Shown: one piece after another, positions 1-7,864 of the stretch | How positions within the stretch are numbered: the stretch's first letter is position 1 | Layout of the letters: each line of letters opens with the position of its first letter | IMG/VR virus record: IMGVR_UViG_3300020048_000056 | Span: 32,001-96,000 of that record | DNA: 64,000 nt | From: a virus | Strand: one strand, 5' to 3' | The notes under the pieces: model-generated | Told to the model about the DNA's origin: nothing | Database searches by the model: none | What the model saw: the letters and a program-made list of their open reading frames with translations, nothing else | Translations under genes and position numbers: made by a program

Positions 1-2
1 AC

Positions 3-524
3 TTCTCTATTACGGCGGGGACTAGTTTCTCAGGTCCATCATCTAACTCTTTTGGTTTTGGAAATGAAAATTATATTGAGGTTGTGGTTTCTCCCTCTGC
101 AAATGGAGAGACTACTTTTTTTCAATGGGCAGCGACCCCATCTGTCGGTGTTGATCCTAGATCAATAAGTTCTCACCTTCCTTGGACCGATGGAAGTCTT
201 TTTTATGATACATATGGATGCTGTGACGTTACCCAAAGAATATCTGTTGGTGGACAAGTGCCATTAAATCAAAAGAAGCATTATTCCTTTATTACAAGAA
301 GAGCATATACCCCAAATAGAGAGGTATATAGAAATAATTCATCGATAGTCACATCTGGTACGAATAGTACTGGAACGTCTACTTGGAACTTAACTACTCC
401 TTCCTATCTGGCAGGATCGTGGTCTGGAACTTTTTATTGTATCAGAGCGTATAACCGAGCATTAACCGATTCAGAAAGATTAAAAAACTATACTTATGAT
501 CAAGTAAGATTTGGTTTAGTATGA
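3..524 (+). CDS. ConA/LamG-like lectin-domain virion protein, 5' truncated by window edge
   Basis: Frame is open back to position 3; C-terminal 'IRAYNRALTDSE' is a typical LamG ending. Confidence 0.7.
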   Translation, partial: FSITAGTSFSGPSSNSFGFGNENYIEVVVSPSANGETTFFQWAATPSVGVDPRSISSHLPWTDGSLFYDTYGCCDVTQRISVGGQVPLNQKKHYSFITRRAYTPNREVYRNNSSIVTSGTNSTGTSTWNLTTPSYLAGSWSGTFYCIRAYNRALTDSERLKNYTYDQVRFGLV

Positions 525-576
525 CATTGATTATCTTCGTTCTTAAATAATAGTTTTATTTAAAACTACTATTCGG

Positions 577-591
577 TGGTATACTTTTTAC
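577..591 (+). promoter_or_regulatory. Extended -10 promoter, leaderless start
   Basis: TGGTATACT (577-585), 6 nt, ATG 592; no SD. Confidence 0.65.
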
Positions 592-1110
592 ATGGCAATG
601 CTTTTCCCAACTAGCCCCACGATAGGTGAATCTTTTATCAATGGGAGCAAGATATGGATTTGGGATGGGGCATCTTGGTCACAGTCTGGCAGTTATGCAA
701 ACTATACTCACGCTACAACTCATAGCGCTGGAGGCGTAGATGCTATAACTGTTGCACAGAGCCAAGTAACTGATCTTGATACTACTTTGGCGACAAAGTT
801 AACCTCTAGTTCATCACAGGTTATTACTTTTTGTACCTCTGCTACCCGCCCTGATACTCCTGTAGATGGGCAAATGATTTATGAAACAGATACCGATAGG
901 TATTATGGATGGAAAACTTCTTTTTGGGCTAGCATTGGTGGAGGTGCTACTGGTGGGGGAAACGATGACGTATTTTATGAAAATAGTCAAACAGTAACTG
1001 CTAGTTATACAATTTCTACTAATAAGAACGCAATAACTGCTGGACCAGTAACGATTGCTAATGGAGTTACTTTAACAATTCCAACGGGATCTATTTGGGT
1101 TGTGGTGTAA
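592..1110 (+). CDS. Mosaic minor virion/fibre protein
   Basis: Chain of short phage fibre motifs (FPTSP..WIWDG, THATTH, RPDTPVDGQMIYETDT, VFYENSQTV..TIPTGS). Confidence 0.6.
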   Translation: MAMLFPTSPTIGESFINGSKIWIWDGASWSQSGSYANYTHATTHSAGGVDAITVAQSQVTDLDTTLATKLTSSSSQVITFCTSATRPDTPVDGQMIYETDTDRYYGWKTSFWASIGGGATGGGNDDVFYENSQTVTASYTISTNKNAITAGPVTIANGVTLTIPTGSIWVVV

Positions 1111-1670
1111 TGGGTAATATAAGACTTTATGGATCTACATCTGGATATACGGAGATTGCTCCCCCTGCCGTTGGATTAAACAATACTTTAACCTTACCTA
1201 CCGATTCTTTACAGTCAGGACTCGTGCTGATCACCACGCAGGCTTTCAGCGCGGTGTCGGCAGTGGCGATCAATTCGTGTTTCACCAGCACTTATGACAA
1301 TTACCGGATTGTTGCCCGGCTGAAGGGTTCGACAGCCTCGCAAGCACTCACTTGGAGGTTCCGTGCAGCAGGAGCGGATATTTACACCGCGTCCTACTAC
1401 TACAACCGCGGAGGCACGTACACGAATTCGGCAGGTTATGCCGTCCTAGGTGTTATTGGGGATGCGTCAAATTGGGGTGTTTGGACCGCTGACATGAACT
1501 TTGCCACACCACAAAGCCTTGTCGCTCTGTCCGGCGCATACACGAATGGGAACGTCTCCCAAGAATTGTGCAGCCTGTCATACAACGGTGCCACGCCAGA
1601 TGGTTTCGACGCCTACCCGTCCACCGGCAACATGACCGGCACCATCAGCATCTACGGCTACAGGAACTAG
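1110..1670 (+). CDS. Putative fibre/adhesin protein with GC-rich C-terminal domain (paralog of 2390-2995)
   Basis: TAATG overlap gives ATG 1110; LITTQAFS..CF..TYDNY..GTISIYGY. Confidence 0.7.
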   Translation: MGNIRLYGSTSGYTEIAPPAVGLNNTLTLPTDSLQSGLVLITTQAFSAVSAVAINSCFTSTYDNYRIVARLKGSTASQALTWRFRAAGADIYTASYYYNRGGTYTNSAGYAVLGVIGDASNWGVWTADMNFATPQSLVALSGAYTNGNVSQELCSLSYNGATPDGFDAYPSTGNMTGTISIYGYRN

Positions 1671-1684
1671 GGTATAATAAAACT

Positions 1685-1912
1685 ATGGCAGACATAATTG
1701 AAATAGATGCTTCTACAGGAGAGGTAATTCATCGTGATTTCACTGACACTGAACTTACTCAACGCGCACTTGACTTTGAGGCCGCTACAATAGCACAGAT
1801 TGCCGCTGATGAGGCCGCTGCATTAGCAATTGCGAATCGTGAGTCTGCTGTTTCCAAGTTGGCTGCACTCGGTTTGACTGCGGACGAGATCGCTGCACTG
1901 GGCGGTCGATGA
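1685..1912 (+). CDS. Small fibre-associated (chaperone-like) protein
   Basis: Start revised to ATG 1685, 6 nt after TATAAT (1673-1678); EIDASTGEV..SAVSKLAALGLTADEIAAL. Confidence 0.65.
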   Translation: MADIIEIDASTGEVIHRDFTDTELTQRALDFEAATIAQIAADEAAALAIANRESAVSKLAALGLTADEIAALGGR

Positions 1913-2352
1913 TGCCAATTATCCTTGATGGCACCGACAGTATTGGTGATCTTGGTGATGCACTAGCAGCCAAGTTCACTACCCCCACCGCTTGGACGAC
2001 ATACACGCCAGCAACGACGGGGATGGCTCTCGGGAACGCATCCGTGAGCGCAAGTTACACGCAAATTGGGAAAACGGTCCATGTGCAGGTCTTCATAAAA
2101 TTTGGATCTACAACAACGCTTGGTACTGATCCCAATATTGGTCTTCCTATTGCCGCAAGAGATATGGAGTTGACTACTGGAACTGCAATTTACGTAGACG
2201 TATCAGCAAACTCCGCGAAATACATGGGTGCGTGGCGTTACGGATACCTAACTCGTGAGGGTGGACCATGGGGTCAAGCCGGGGCGAGCAGCCCGTTCAT
2301 CTGGGCGGTTAACGACATTATCCTGCTGTCCCTGACTTACGAGGCGGCATGA
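1909..2352 (+). CDS. Tail-fibre tip-like protein
   Basis: WTTYTP..ASYTQIGKTVHV..GLPIAA fibre head motif; ATGA overlap with upstream gene. Confidence 0.6.
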   Translation: MMPIILDGTDSIGDLGDALAAKFTTPTAWTTYTPATTGMALGNASVSASYTQIGKTVHVQVFIKFGSTTTLGTDPNIGLPIAARDMELTTGTAIYVDVSANSAKYMGAWRYGYLTREGGPWGQAGASSPFIWAVNDIILLSLTYEAA

Positions 2353-2389
2353 TGACTGAACCGATGCGCGGCACTGAGATGAGGAACGC

Positions 2390-2995
2390 ATGAGCACTTT
2401 AAAAACCACAAACTTACAACACCCATCTTCTTCCATTAATAATATTACAATGTCTTCTACAGGTGCCACGGCAATTAATGGAACAATGATTGGTGCTGGA
2501 TTAGATTTAATCACAACGCAGTCTTTCAGCACGGTGGCGGCGGTGATCCTTGACAATTGCTTTTCATATACGTATCGGAATTACAAGGTGCTCCTAACTG
2601 TTGACGGCGTTACTGCTAGCAGTTGGATGCGTGGACGTTTGCGAATTGGTGGGACTGGCCCAGCGACCAATGACTATGAGAAGGCAGGGTTCCAGATGAA
2701 TGCATCTGGGGGGTACTCGGCGTATACCACGCTGACTGGTCCGCAGATGGATCTATTTAGTTCAGACGCTGGGTATGTCCCACTCACTGCGGAGATCACG
2801 TTCTTTAACCCTCAACGGGGCGGTCAAACTCGTATGCAATGGATCGCGTCGGGAGCCCTATCAGGAACATCTGGAACCATCACATATTTGAATACAACTA
2901 GATACGCATTGGCGACTCAGTTCGATGGTTGGTCCTTCTGGCCGGACTTTGGAACGATGAGTGGCTCAGTTTCCGTCTACGGCTACAAGAAATAA
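2390..2995 (+). CDS. Putative fibre/adhesin protein (paralog of 1110-1670)
   Basis: LITTQSFS..CF..TYRNY..GSVSVYGY. Confidence 0.7.
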   Translation: MSTLKTTNLQHPSSSINNITMSSTGATAINGTMIGAGLDLITTQSFSTVAAVILDNCFSYTYRNYKVLLTVDGVTASSWMRGRLRIGGTGPATNDYEKAGFQMNASGGYSAYTTLTGPQMDLFSSDAGYVPLTAEITFFNPQRGGQTRMQWIASGALSGTSGTITYLNTTRYALATQFDGWSFWPDFGTMSGSVSVYGYKK

Positions 2996-3060
2996 CATAT
3001 ACCTACATATCAAACATAAACTTTGGTATAATAGATAGGTAAGTAAAAAAGGAGATTAAT

Positions 3061-3294
3061 ATGACAACAAACTTTAAAGCAATACTTAAATCATGGACAA
3101 ACGTTTTTGTAGCAGCCGTTATTACCGCTGTTATTGTTTCAATAGGAGATGGACAACTTACTGCTAATGACCTTTGGTATGTACTTATTGCTGGTGCCGT
3201 CGCCGTTCTACCTGTAATCAAGAATTACTTTGATTCTCAAGATCCTCGTTATGGTAAAGGATCGGATGCAACAGCAGTAGACGCTTCAAAGTAA
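3061..3294 (+). CDS. Holin, actinophage-type, 2 TM
   Basis: 77 aa, two hydrophobic helices, charged C-terminal DPRYGKG; promoter TGGTATAAT at 3024 and SD AAGGAG. Confidence 0.7.
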   Translation: MTTNFKAILKSWTNVFVAAVITAVIVSIGDGQLTANDLWYVLIAGAVAVLPVIKNYFDSQDPRYGKGSDATAVDASK

Positions 3295-3295
3295 C

Positions 3296-3745
3296 ATGAA
3301 TAAGATCAAAGGGGTGATTAAAACCACTACTCATGATCGTCCCTTTGATTTCTATGTTGCAGCGTTACTCTTTTTTGCGGGTCTATACGGAATAATAGAC
3401 GATTCTTGGCCAGAAAGTATTGGCGTAGACCTAGCATCAACTATAATTGTTATCATATCGTTATATTTGATGTTTTCTGGTTTAGTTATCATGCTTGCAT
3501 TAGGATGTAATCGTAAAAAGTATCCAGTTATATCCCTTATTGCTGAAATGTACGGATGGCTTTTTGTTTCTTCAGCAAGTCTTGCCATTATCATAACTGA
3601 AATTGCTGCTATGACAGTTTTTGAGCCAAGGTCATGGTGGACTTGGGCAATTATTGTAGGTGTTTGGGGTGGGTTACTTGTCTCTAGCCTATTAAGATTC
3701 ATTGATCTATTTATCATCCATAGAGGACTATACAAAAATGGATAG
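3296..3745 (+). CDS. 4-TM membrane protein (lysis cassette)
   Basis: Four hydrophobic segments; adjacent to holin. Confidence 0.6.
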   Translation: MNKIKGVIKTTTHDRPFDFYVAALLFFAGLYGIIDDSWPESIGVDLASTIIVIISLYLMFSGLVIMLALGCNRKKYPVISLIAEMYGWLFVSSASLAIIITEIAAMTVFEPRSWWTWAIIVGVWGGLLVSSLLRFIDLFIIHRGLYKNG

Positions 3746-4091
3746 TGCGATAGTCATTGCAATTATTGGAGTTCTAGCCGCTCCAGTAGCAGGTACACTT
3801 ACTTGGTTACTTAATCGTAAGAAACATATTTCTGATATTTATACTGCTATCAGCGATTCTTCTCAAACAGCCGTCGAAACCATGCAATTGACGATGAAGG
3901 AACTTCGTGAAGAACTTGTTCACGCTCGTGAGAAGATTGAAGAGATGATCCGCGAAAACGAACTACTTCGACAAGATTTACAGGTTCTAAAGAAGCAGAA
4001 TGAGATGTTAATGGAGCAGATTCACGATATGCGAGTTTTCTACGAGCAGTCACAACAGAATGACAGTTCGAACACCTTACCTCGCATTTAG
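3738..4091 (+). CDS. Membrane-anchored coiled-coil protein (lysis cassette)
   Basis: N-terminal TM then heptad-rich helix; SD GAGGA before ATG 3738. Confidence 0.6.
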   Translation: MDSAIVIAIIGVLAAPVAGTLTWLLNRKKHISDIYTAISDSSQTAVETMQLTMKELREELVHAREKIEEMIRENELLRQDLQVLKKQNEMLMEQIHDMRVFYEQSQQNDSSNTLPRI

Positions 4092-4299
4092 ATATCTCTG
4101 TCATAATTGTTGACCAAGCATAATCAGAACGTATTAAATTAGACACACTAGCCTTCTTATCATCGTTTACATGGTCAAACTGTAAAGCAACTGCATGTTC
4201 ATTGTATCCACAATCGATACATCCAAGTTCCTTCTTAATTATTCCAGCAAGTCTCCACTTAGCAGCCCTCTTTCTGGCTCTAGGAGATACGAAATTCAT
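3850..4299 (-). CDS. HNH endonuclease
   Basis: CIDCGY..LQFDHV..KCEVRCSNCH Zn-binding HNH motifs. Confidence 0.8.
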   Translation of the reverse strand: MNFVSPRARKRAAKWRLAGIIKKELGCIDCGYNEHAVALQFDHVNDDKKASVSNLIRSDYAWSTIMTEISKCEVRCSNCHSVVTARRKLAYRESAPLTSHSASLEPVNLVEVVRFRGSSLQSSHEREQVLHEVPSSSIAWFRRLFEKNR

Positions 4300-4978
4300 T
4301 CCATGCCTTTACTGTGATTGGATAATGCTCTTTAACCATATCGTTAATCACTGTAGCATAGTCTACGATTTCACTTTGTGCCCCGTGACCTAAACGTAGG
4401 GAGCAGAAGTGAAGGAGAGCATTCAAACTAGCAGTCCATCTCCAACGCACATACATAGCGTATGCAGGAAGAAGGAGTCGTGCTTGCTCTGGTGCAATTC
4501 CATCTGCAAGCGCTTCTAAATAAAGACTGTGCCCCTCTGTAACCGTTCGGTTCATTGCTTGGTAGTACTTTGAGCCCTTGTACAGTCCAACGCTCTCACC
4601 GCTCCCCTGTTTGCGATCCTCAGGTGCTGAGCGCCATTGATCAGGACTCGGAACATAGAACTCTTCCTTCTCAGTAATGTACCTACGAGAAGACTCATTC
4701 CAACCAAGTTGATCGTCAAGATGAGTTGATGAAACTGCGTGCTTGTACCATTGCCGTGCTATCATCAGCGGGGCATAGACTTCAAAAGTCATAACACAAT
4801 GTCTCAAGGTAGAATCATGCTTATGTTTTACCAAGAAGTTGATTAACTTTTCATCTCCAAGAGATAATGAAGAGATTTCTTTATCAAAAGAAACCCTTGC
4901 ACTATTTACAACATCAAGATCAGATCCCATATTGTTAATTAGCCTTACATATCCATGATCAAGTACTGGAATTTCCAA
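4280..4978 (-). CDS. thyX: FAD-dependent thymidylate synthase
   Basis: VVNSARVSF, H-x-S..H, ARQWYKH..WNESSRRY, APEQARLLLP, LRL..GAQSEI. Confidence 0.95.
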   Translation of the reverse strand: MEIPVLDHGYVRLINNMGSDLDVVNSARVSFDKEISSLSLGDEKLINFLVKHKHDSTLRHCVMTFEVYAPLMIARQWYKHAVSSTHLDDQLGWNESSRRYITEKEEFYVPSPDQWRSAPEDRKQGSGESVGLYKGSKYYQAMNRTVTEGHSLYLEALADGIAPEQARLLLPAYAMYVRWRWTASLNALLHFCSLRLGHGAQSEIVDYATVINDMVKEHYPITVKAWNEFRIS

Positions 4979-5067
4979 GGAAATAACCTTTCATCTCTAG
5001 ACCCTTCGGGTCTTTATTGGTTTAACTAGGAAGAACATTCTCTTTTTTCTTTCTTCTCTTAAAGACA

Positions 5068-5097
5068 AGTATAGCCATCATTTGTAGAGGTTGTCAA
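5068..5097 (-). promoter_or_regulatory. Sigma-A/70 promoter for thyX-HNH
   Basis: Minus strand TTGACA-18 nt-TATACT. Confidence 0.75.
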
Positions 5098-5132
5098 GTT
5101 GAGAAGATAACATTTCTATAACGCTTATAACC

Positions 5133-5141
5133 TGATATAAT
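5133..5141 (+). promoter_or_regulatory. Extended -10 promoter of fibre cluster
   Basis: TGATATAAT, then SD AAGGAGG before ATG 5170. Confidence 0.6.
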
Positions 5142-5169
5142 TAAATTAAAATTAAGGAGGCTTTTCTAT

Positions 5170-5520
5170 ATGATACCAGGCAAGTATAACATTCTATGCC
5201 CTCAAGGGTCAACTCTTGACGACCTTGTTTTTACTTATAGCATCGACAGTGTAATTGTTGATCTTTTTGGTTGGACTGCAAGAATGCAAGTCAGGGAGAA
5301 GTATTCCAGTTACTCAGCAATTCTTAGTTTGACTACTGAAAATGATGGCATCTTCTTGGGTGGAGTAGATGGAACAATAATCTTGAATATTTCAGCACTT
5401 CAAACATCTGCAATAGTAGCCAAAGAATATGTGTATGATATTGAATTGATTAATCCAAGTACATATCCATATAGATTTTTAGAAGGCAAATTCATAGTAA
5501 CTCCAGAGGTGACTAGGTAG
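5170..5520 (+). CDS. Beta-sandwich virion protein (baseplate/fibre N-terminal-like)
   Basis: QGST..DLFGWTARMQVR..YVYDIEL..LEGKFIVTPEVT. Confidence 0.65.
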   Translation: MIPGKYNILCPQGSTLDDLVFTYSIDSVIVDLFGWTARMQVREKYSSYSAILSLTTENDGIFLGGVDGTIILNISALQTSAIVAKEYVYDIELINPSTYPYRFLEGKFIVTPEVTR

Positions 5521-5990
5521 TGACAAGTGTTGCAACTGTCTATCAACCAGAAGTTAACGTATCCTCAGAAGATTCTAAGGTAAGCGTAAACGTATGTGAA
5601 ACAGTTGTACAAATTACTACTGGCAATGCTGGTCCCCAAGGACCAAGAGGAACACAGGTTCTTTCTGGAGTTGAAGATCCATCAATAGTTATTGGATTAG
5701 TAGGGGACCAATACCTTAATGTAGAATCAGGTTTTCTGTTTGGACCAAAAACAGAATTAGGTTGGGGAGATGGCATTGCATTTGGTTTAACATTAAGTCA
5801 AGTCTCATATGTTCATTATCAAACTTCAGCCGCCTCAGTTTGGACTATTGAGCATGATTTGCTTTTTGTTCCAAACATAACAGTAGTCGATTTAGATGGG
5901 AAGGTTGTTGAGGGTGATTATCAGTACAGTGGAAGTACAATAATTGCTACGTTTTCTCAATCCATTCTGGGCGCGGCTTACTTATCATGA
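5520..5990 (+). CDS. Minor tail protein with short collagen-like GPQGPRG
   Basis: GPQGPRG, GDQYLN..FGPK, WTIEHDL..GAAYLS. Confidence 0.6.
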   Translation: MTSVATVYQPEVNVSSEDSKVSVNVCETVVQITTGNAGPQGPRGTQVLSGVEDPSIVIGLVGDQYLNVESGFLFGPKTELGWGDGIAFGLTLSQVSYVHYQTSAASVWTIEHDLLFVPNITVVDLDGKVVEGDYQYSGSTIIATFSQSILGAAYLS

Positions 5991-6006
5991 ATGGAGATGA
6001 ATAAAA

Positions 6007-7800
6007 ATGTCTAAAAGATTTCTTACACACATTGATTTAGCAGGAAATCAACTTATTAAGTCTTCCTTCGAAAAACTTTCTGCCGATCCAGTTGCAGATC
6101 TTTTTGAGGGAAGAATGTACTACAACACCACATCCGACACCATAAAAGTTTACACTGGTTCTGCTTGGGCTGGTATAGGTGCAGATCTTAGTGTAGTTGG
6201 AACAACCAATGAAGTTACAGTGTCTACAGTTTCAGGAGTTGCAACAGTAGGACTACCAAATACAATATATGCCGATGTTGTTGGTGCTTTAAGTGGAAAT
6301 GCTACGACAGCAACCACAGCAACCACAGCAAATGGAGTGGCCGTAAACTCCGTAGCATTGACTACCGACACAACTGGAGATTATGTTGCCACAATCGGAG
6401 GTACAGATGGAGTAAGTGTTTCTGGATCTGGAACTGAAGGAAGAGCAGCAACAATTGCCAACACAGATAAGGGTTCCTCACAGAATATTTTTAAGAATGT
6501 TGCTGTTGATGGAGTAACGCTTGTTGCAGATACCAATGATGATACTGTTACTTTTGCAGGAGGAACAGGAATAACTGTTTCTGGAAATGCAACAACGGAC
6601 ACTTTAACAATCACTAACTCTGGTGCTACATCTATCATTGGAACAGCAAATCAAATTGCTGCAAGTTCCTCTACTGGAGCAGTTACTTTATCACTTCCAA
6701 GTGCCGTTACCTTCCCAGGAACCGTAACCCTTAATGCTGATCCATTGTCTGCTCTACAAGCAGCAACAAAGCAGTATGTAGATACTGTTGCATCAGGTCT
6801 TAACCTTCATGCTCCAGTAGTTGCTGCTACCCCTGCAACATTGGCTAGCATTACAGGAGGATCAGTTACATATGCCAATGGAACTTCAGGAGTTGGAGCA
6901 ACCCTAACATTAGGAACTGCATTAACTACATTAGATTTAATTCCATTAACAAATGGTGCAAGAATCCTTGTAAAAAATGAAGCCACTCAAGCAAATAACG
7001 GTGTCTATACTTGGGCAACAGGAGGAACTGTATTAACAAGAGCAGATGATTTTGACCAAGTATCGGAAATTAAAGGTGGAGACTTTGTTTTCGTTCAAGG
7101 TGGAACAGTAAATAATAATACTGGTTGGGTTCAAGTAGAAACAGTTACTATTGTTGGCACTAGTAATGTTATCTTTGAACAATTCTCTGGTGCAGGTACT
7201 TATACCGCTGGAAATGGATTAACTCTAACTGGAACAGCATTTAGTATTAATACATCTATTACAGCAGATTTAAATACTGGACAAACATTTACAAACAAAA
7301 CTTTGACAAGTCCAGTAATCAATAATCCAACAGTTGCTGGCCTATACCTATCTGATAACAACATTGTTATTGAAGGAACAGCAGATGCATTTGAAACTAC
7401 ACTTACATTTACTGATCCAACAGCAGATAGATCAATAACATTTAAAAATGAAAGTGGAACTGTTGCATATACCGCAGACATTACTTCTGCTGTTGATGCC
7501 ATTACAACAACGGCTATTGAAGAAGGAACAAATTTATACTACACAGATACTCGTGTAAACAGCGTTCTTTCTACGGGATGGTATACCAAAAAAATATCTG
7601 CAAGCGTAGGTAATGCATCAGGTACATCTTTTGGTGTTTCTCATAATCTGGGAACAAGAGATGTTCAGGTACAAGTATATGACAATGCTACATGGGATAC
7701 TGTAGAATGTGATGTAGTTCGTACAGACACAAATACAGTGACAGTATCATTTGCAATTGCTCCAACGCTCAATGCTTATAGAGTGGTAGTCGTTGGATAA
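6007..7800 (+). CDS. Tail fibre protein
   Basis: Thr/Gly/Val-rich; AATKQYVD, RILVKNE..NGVY..TRADD, HNLGTRDVQV..YRVVVVG. Confidence 0.75.
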   Translation: MSKRFLTHIDLAGNQLIKSSFEKLSADPVADLFEGRMYYNTTSDTIKVYTGSAWAGIGADLSVVGTTNEVTVSTVSGVATVGLPNTIYADVVGALSGNATTATTATTANGVAVNSVALTTDTTGDYVATIGGTDGVSVSGSGTEGRAATIANTDKGSSQNIFKNVAVDGVTLVADTNDDTVTFAGGTGITVSGNATTDTLTITNSGATSIIGTANQIAASSSTGAVTLSLPSAVTFPGTVTLNADPLSALQAATKQYVDTVASGLNLHAPVVAATPATLASITGGSVTYANGTSGVGATLTLGTALTTLDLIPLTNGARILVKNEATQANNGVYTWATGGTVLTRADDFDQVSEIKGGDFVFVQGGTVNNNTGWVQVETVTIVGTSNVIFEQFSGAGTYTAGNGLTLTGTAFSINTSITADLNTGQTFTNKTLTSPVINNPTVAGLYLSDNNIVIEGTADAFETTLTFTDPTADRSITFKNESGTVAYTADITSAVDAITTTAIEEGTNLYYTDTRVNSVLSTGWYTKKISASVGNASGTSFGVSHNLGTRDVQVQVYDNATWDTVECDVVRTDTNTVTVSFAIAPTLNAYRVVVVG

Positions 7801-7809
7801 TCTTGATGA

Positions 7810-7839
7810 GAGGGGAGGATACTACTCTGTTCTCCCCTC
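7810..7839 (+). terminator. Terminator-like hairpin
   Basis: GAGGGGAGGA / TTCTCCCCTC inverted repeat after stop. Confidence 0.55.
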
Positions 7840-7864
7840 CACAAGAGAAAGGTATAATTAACTT

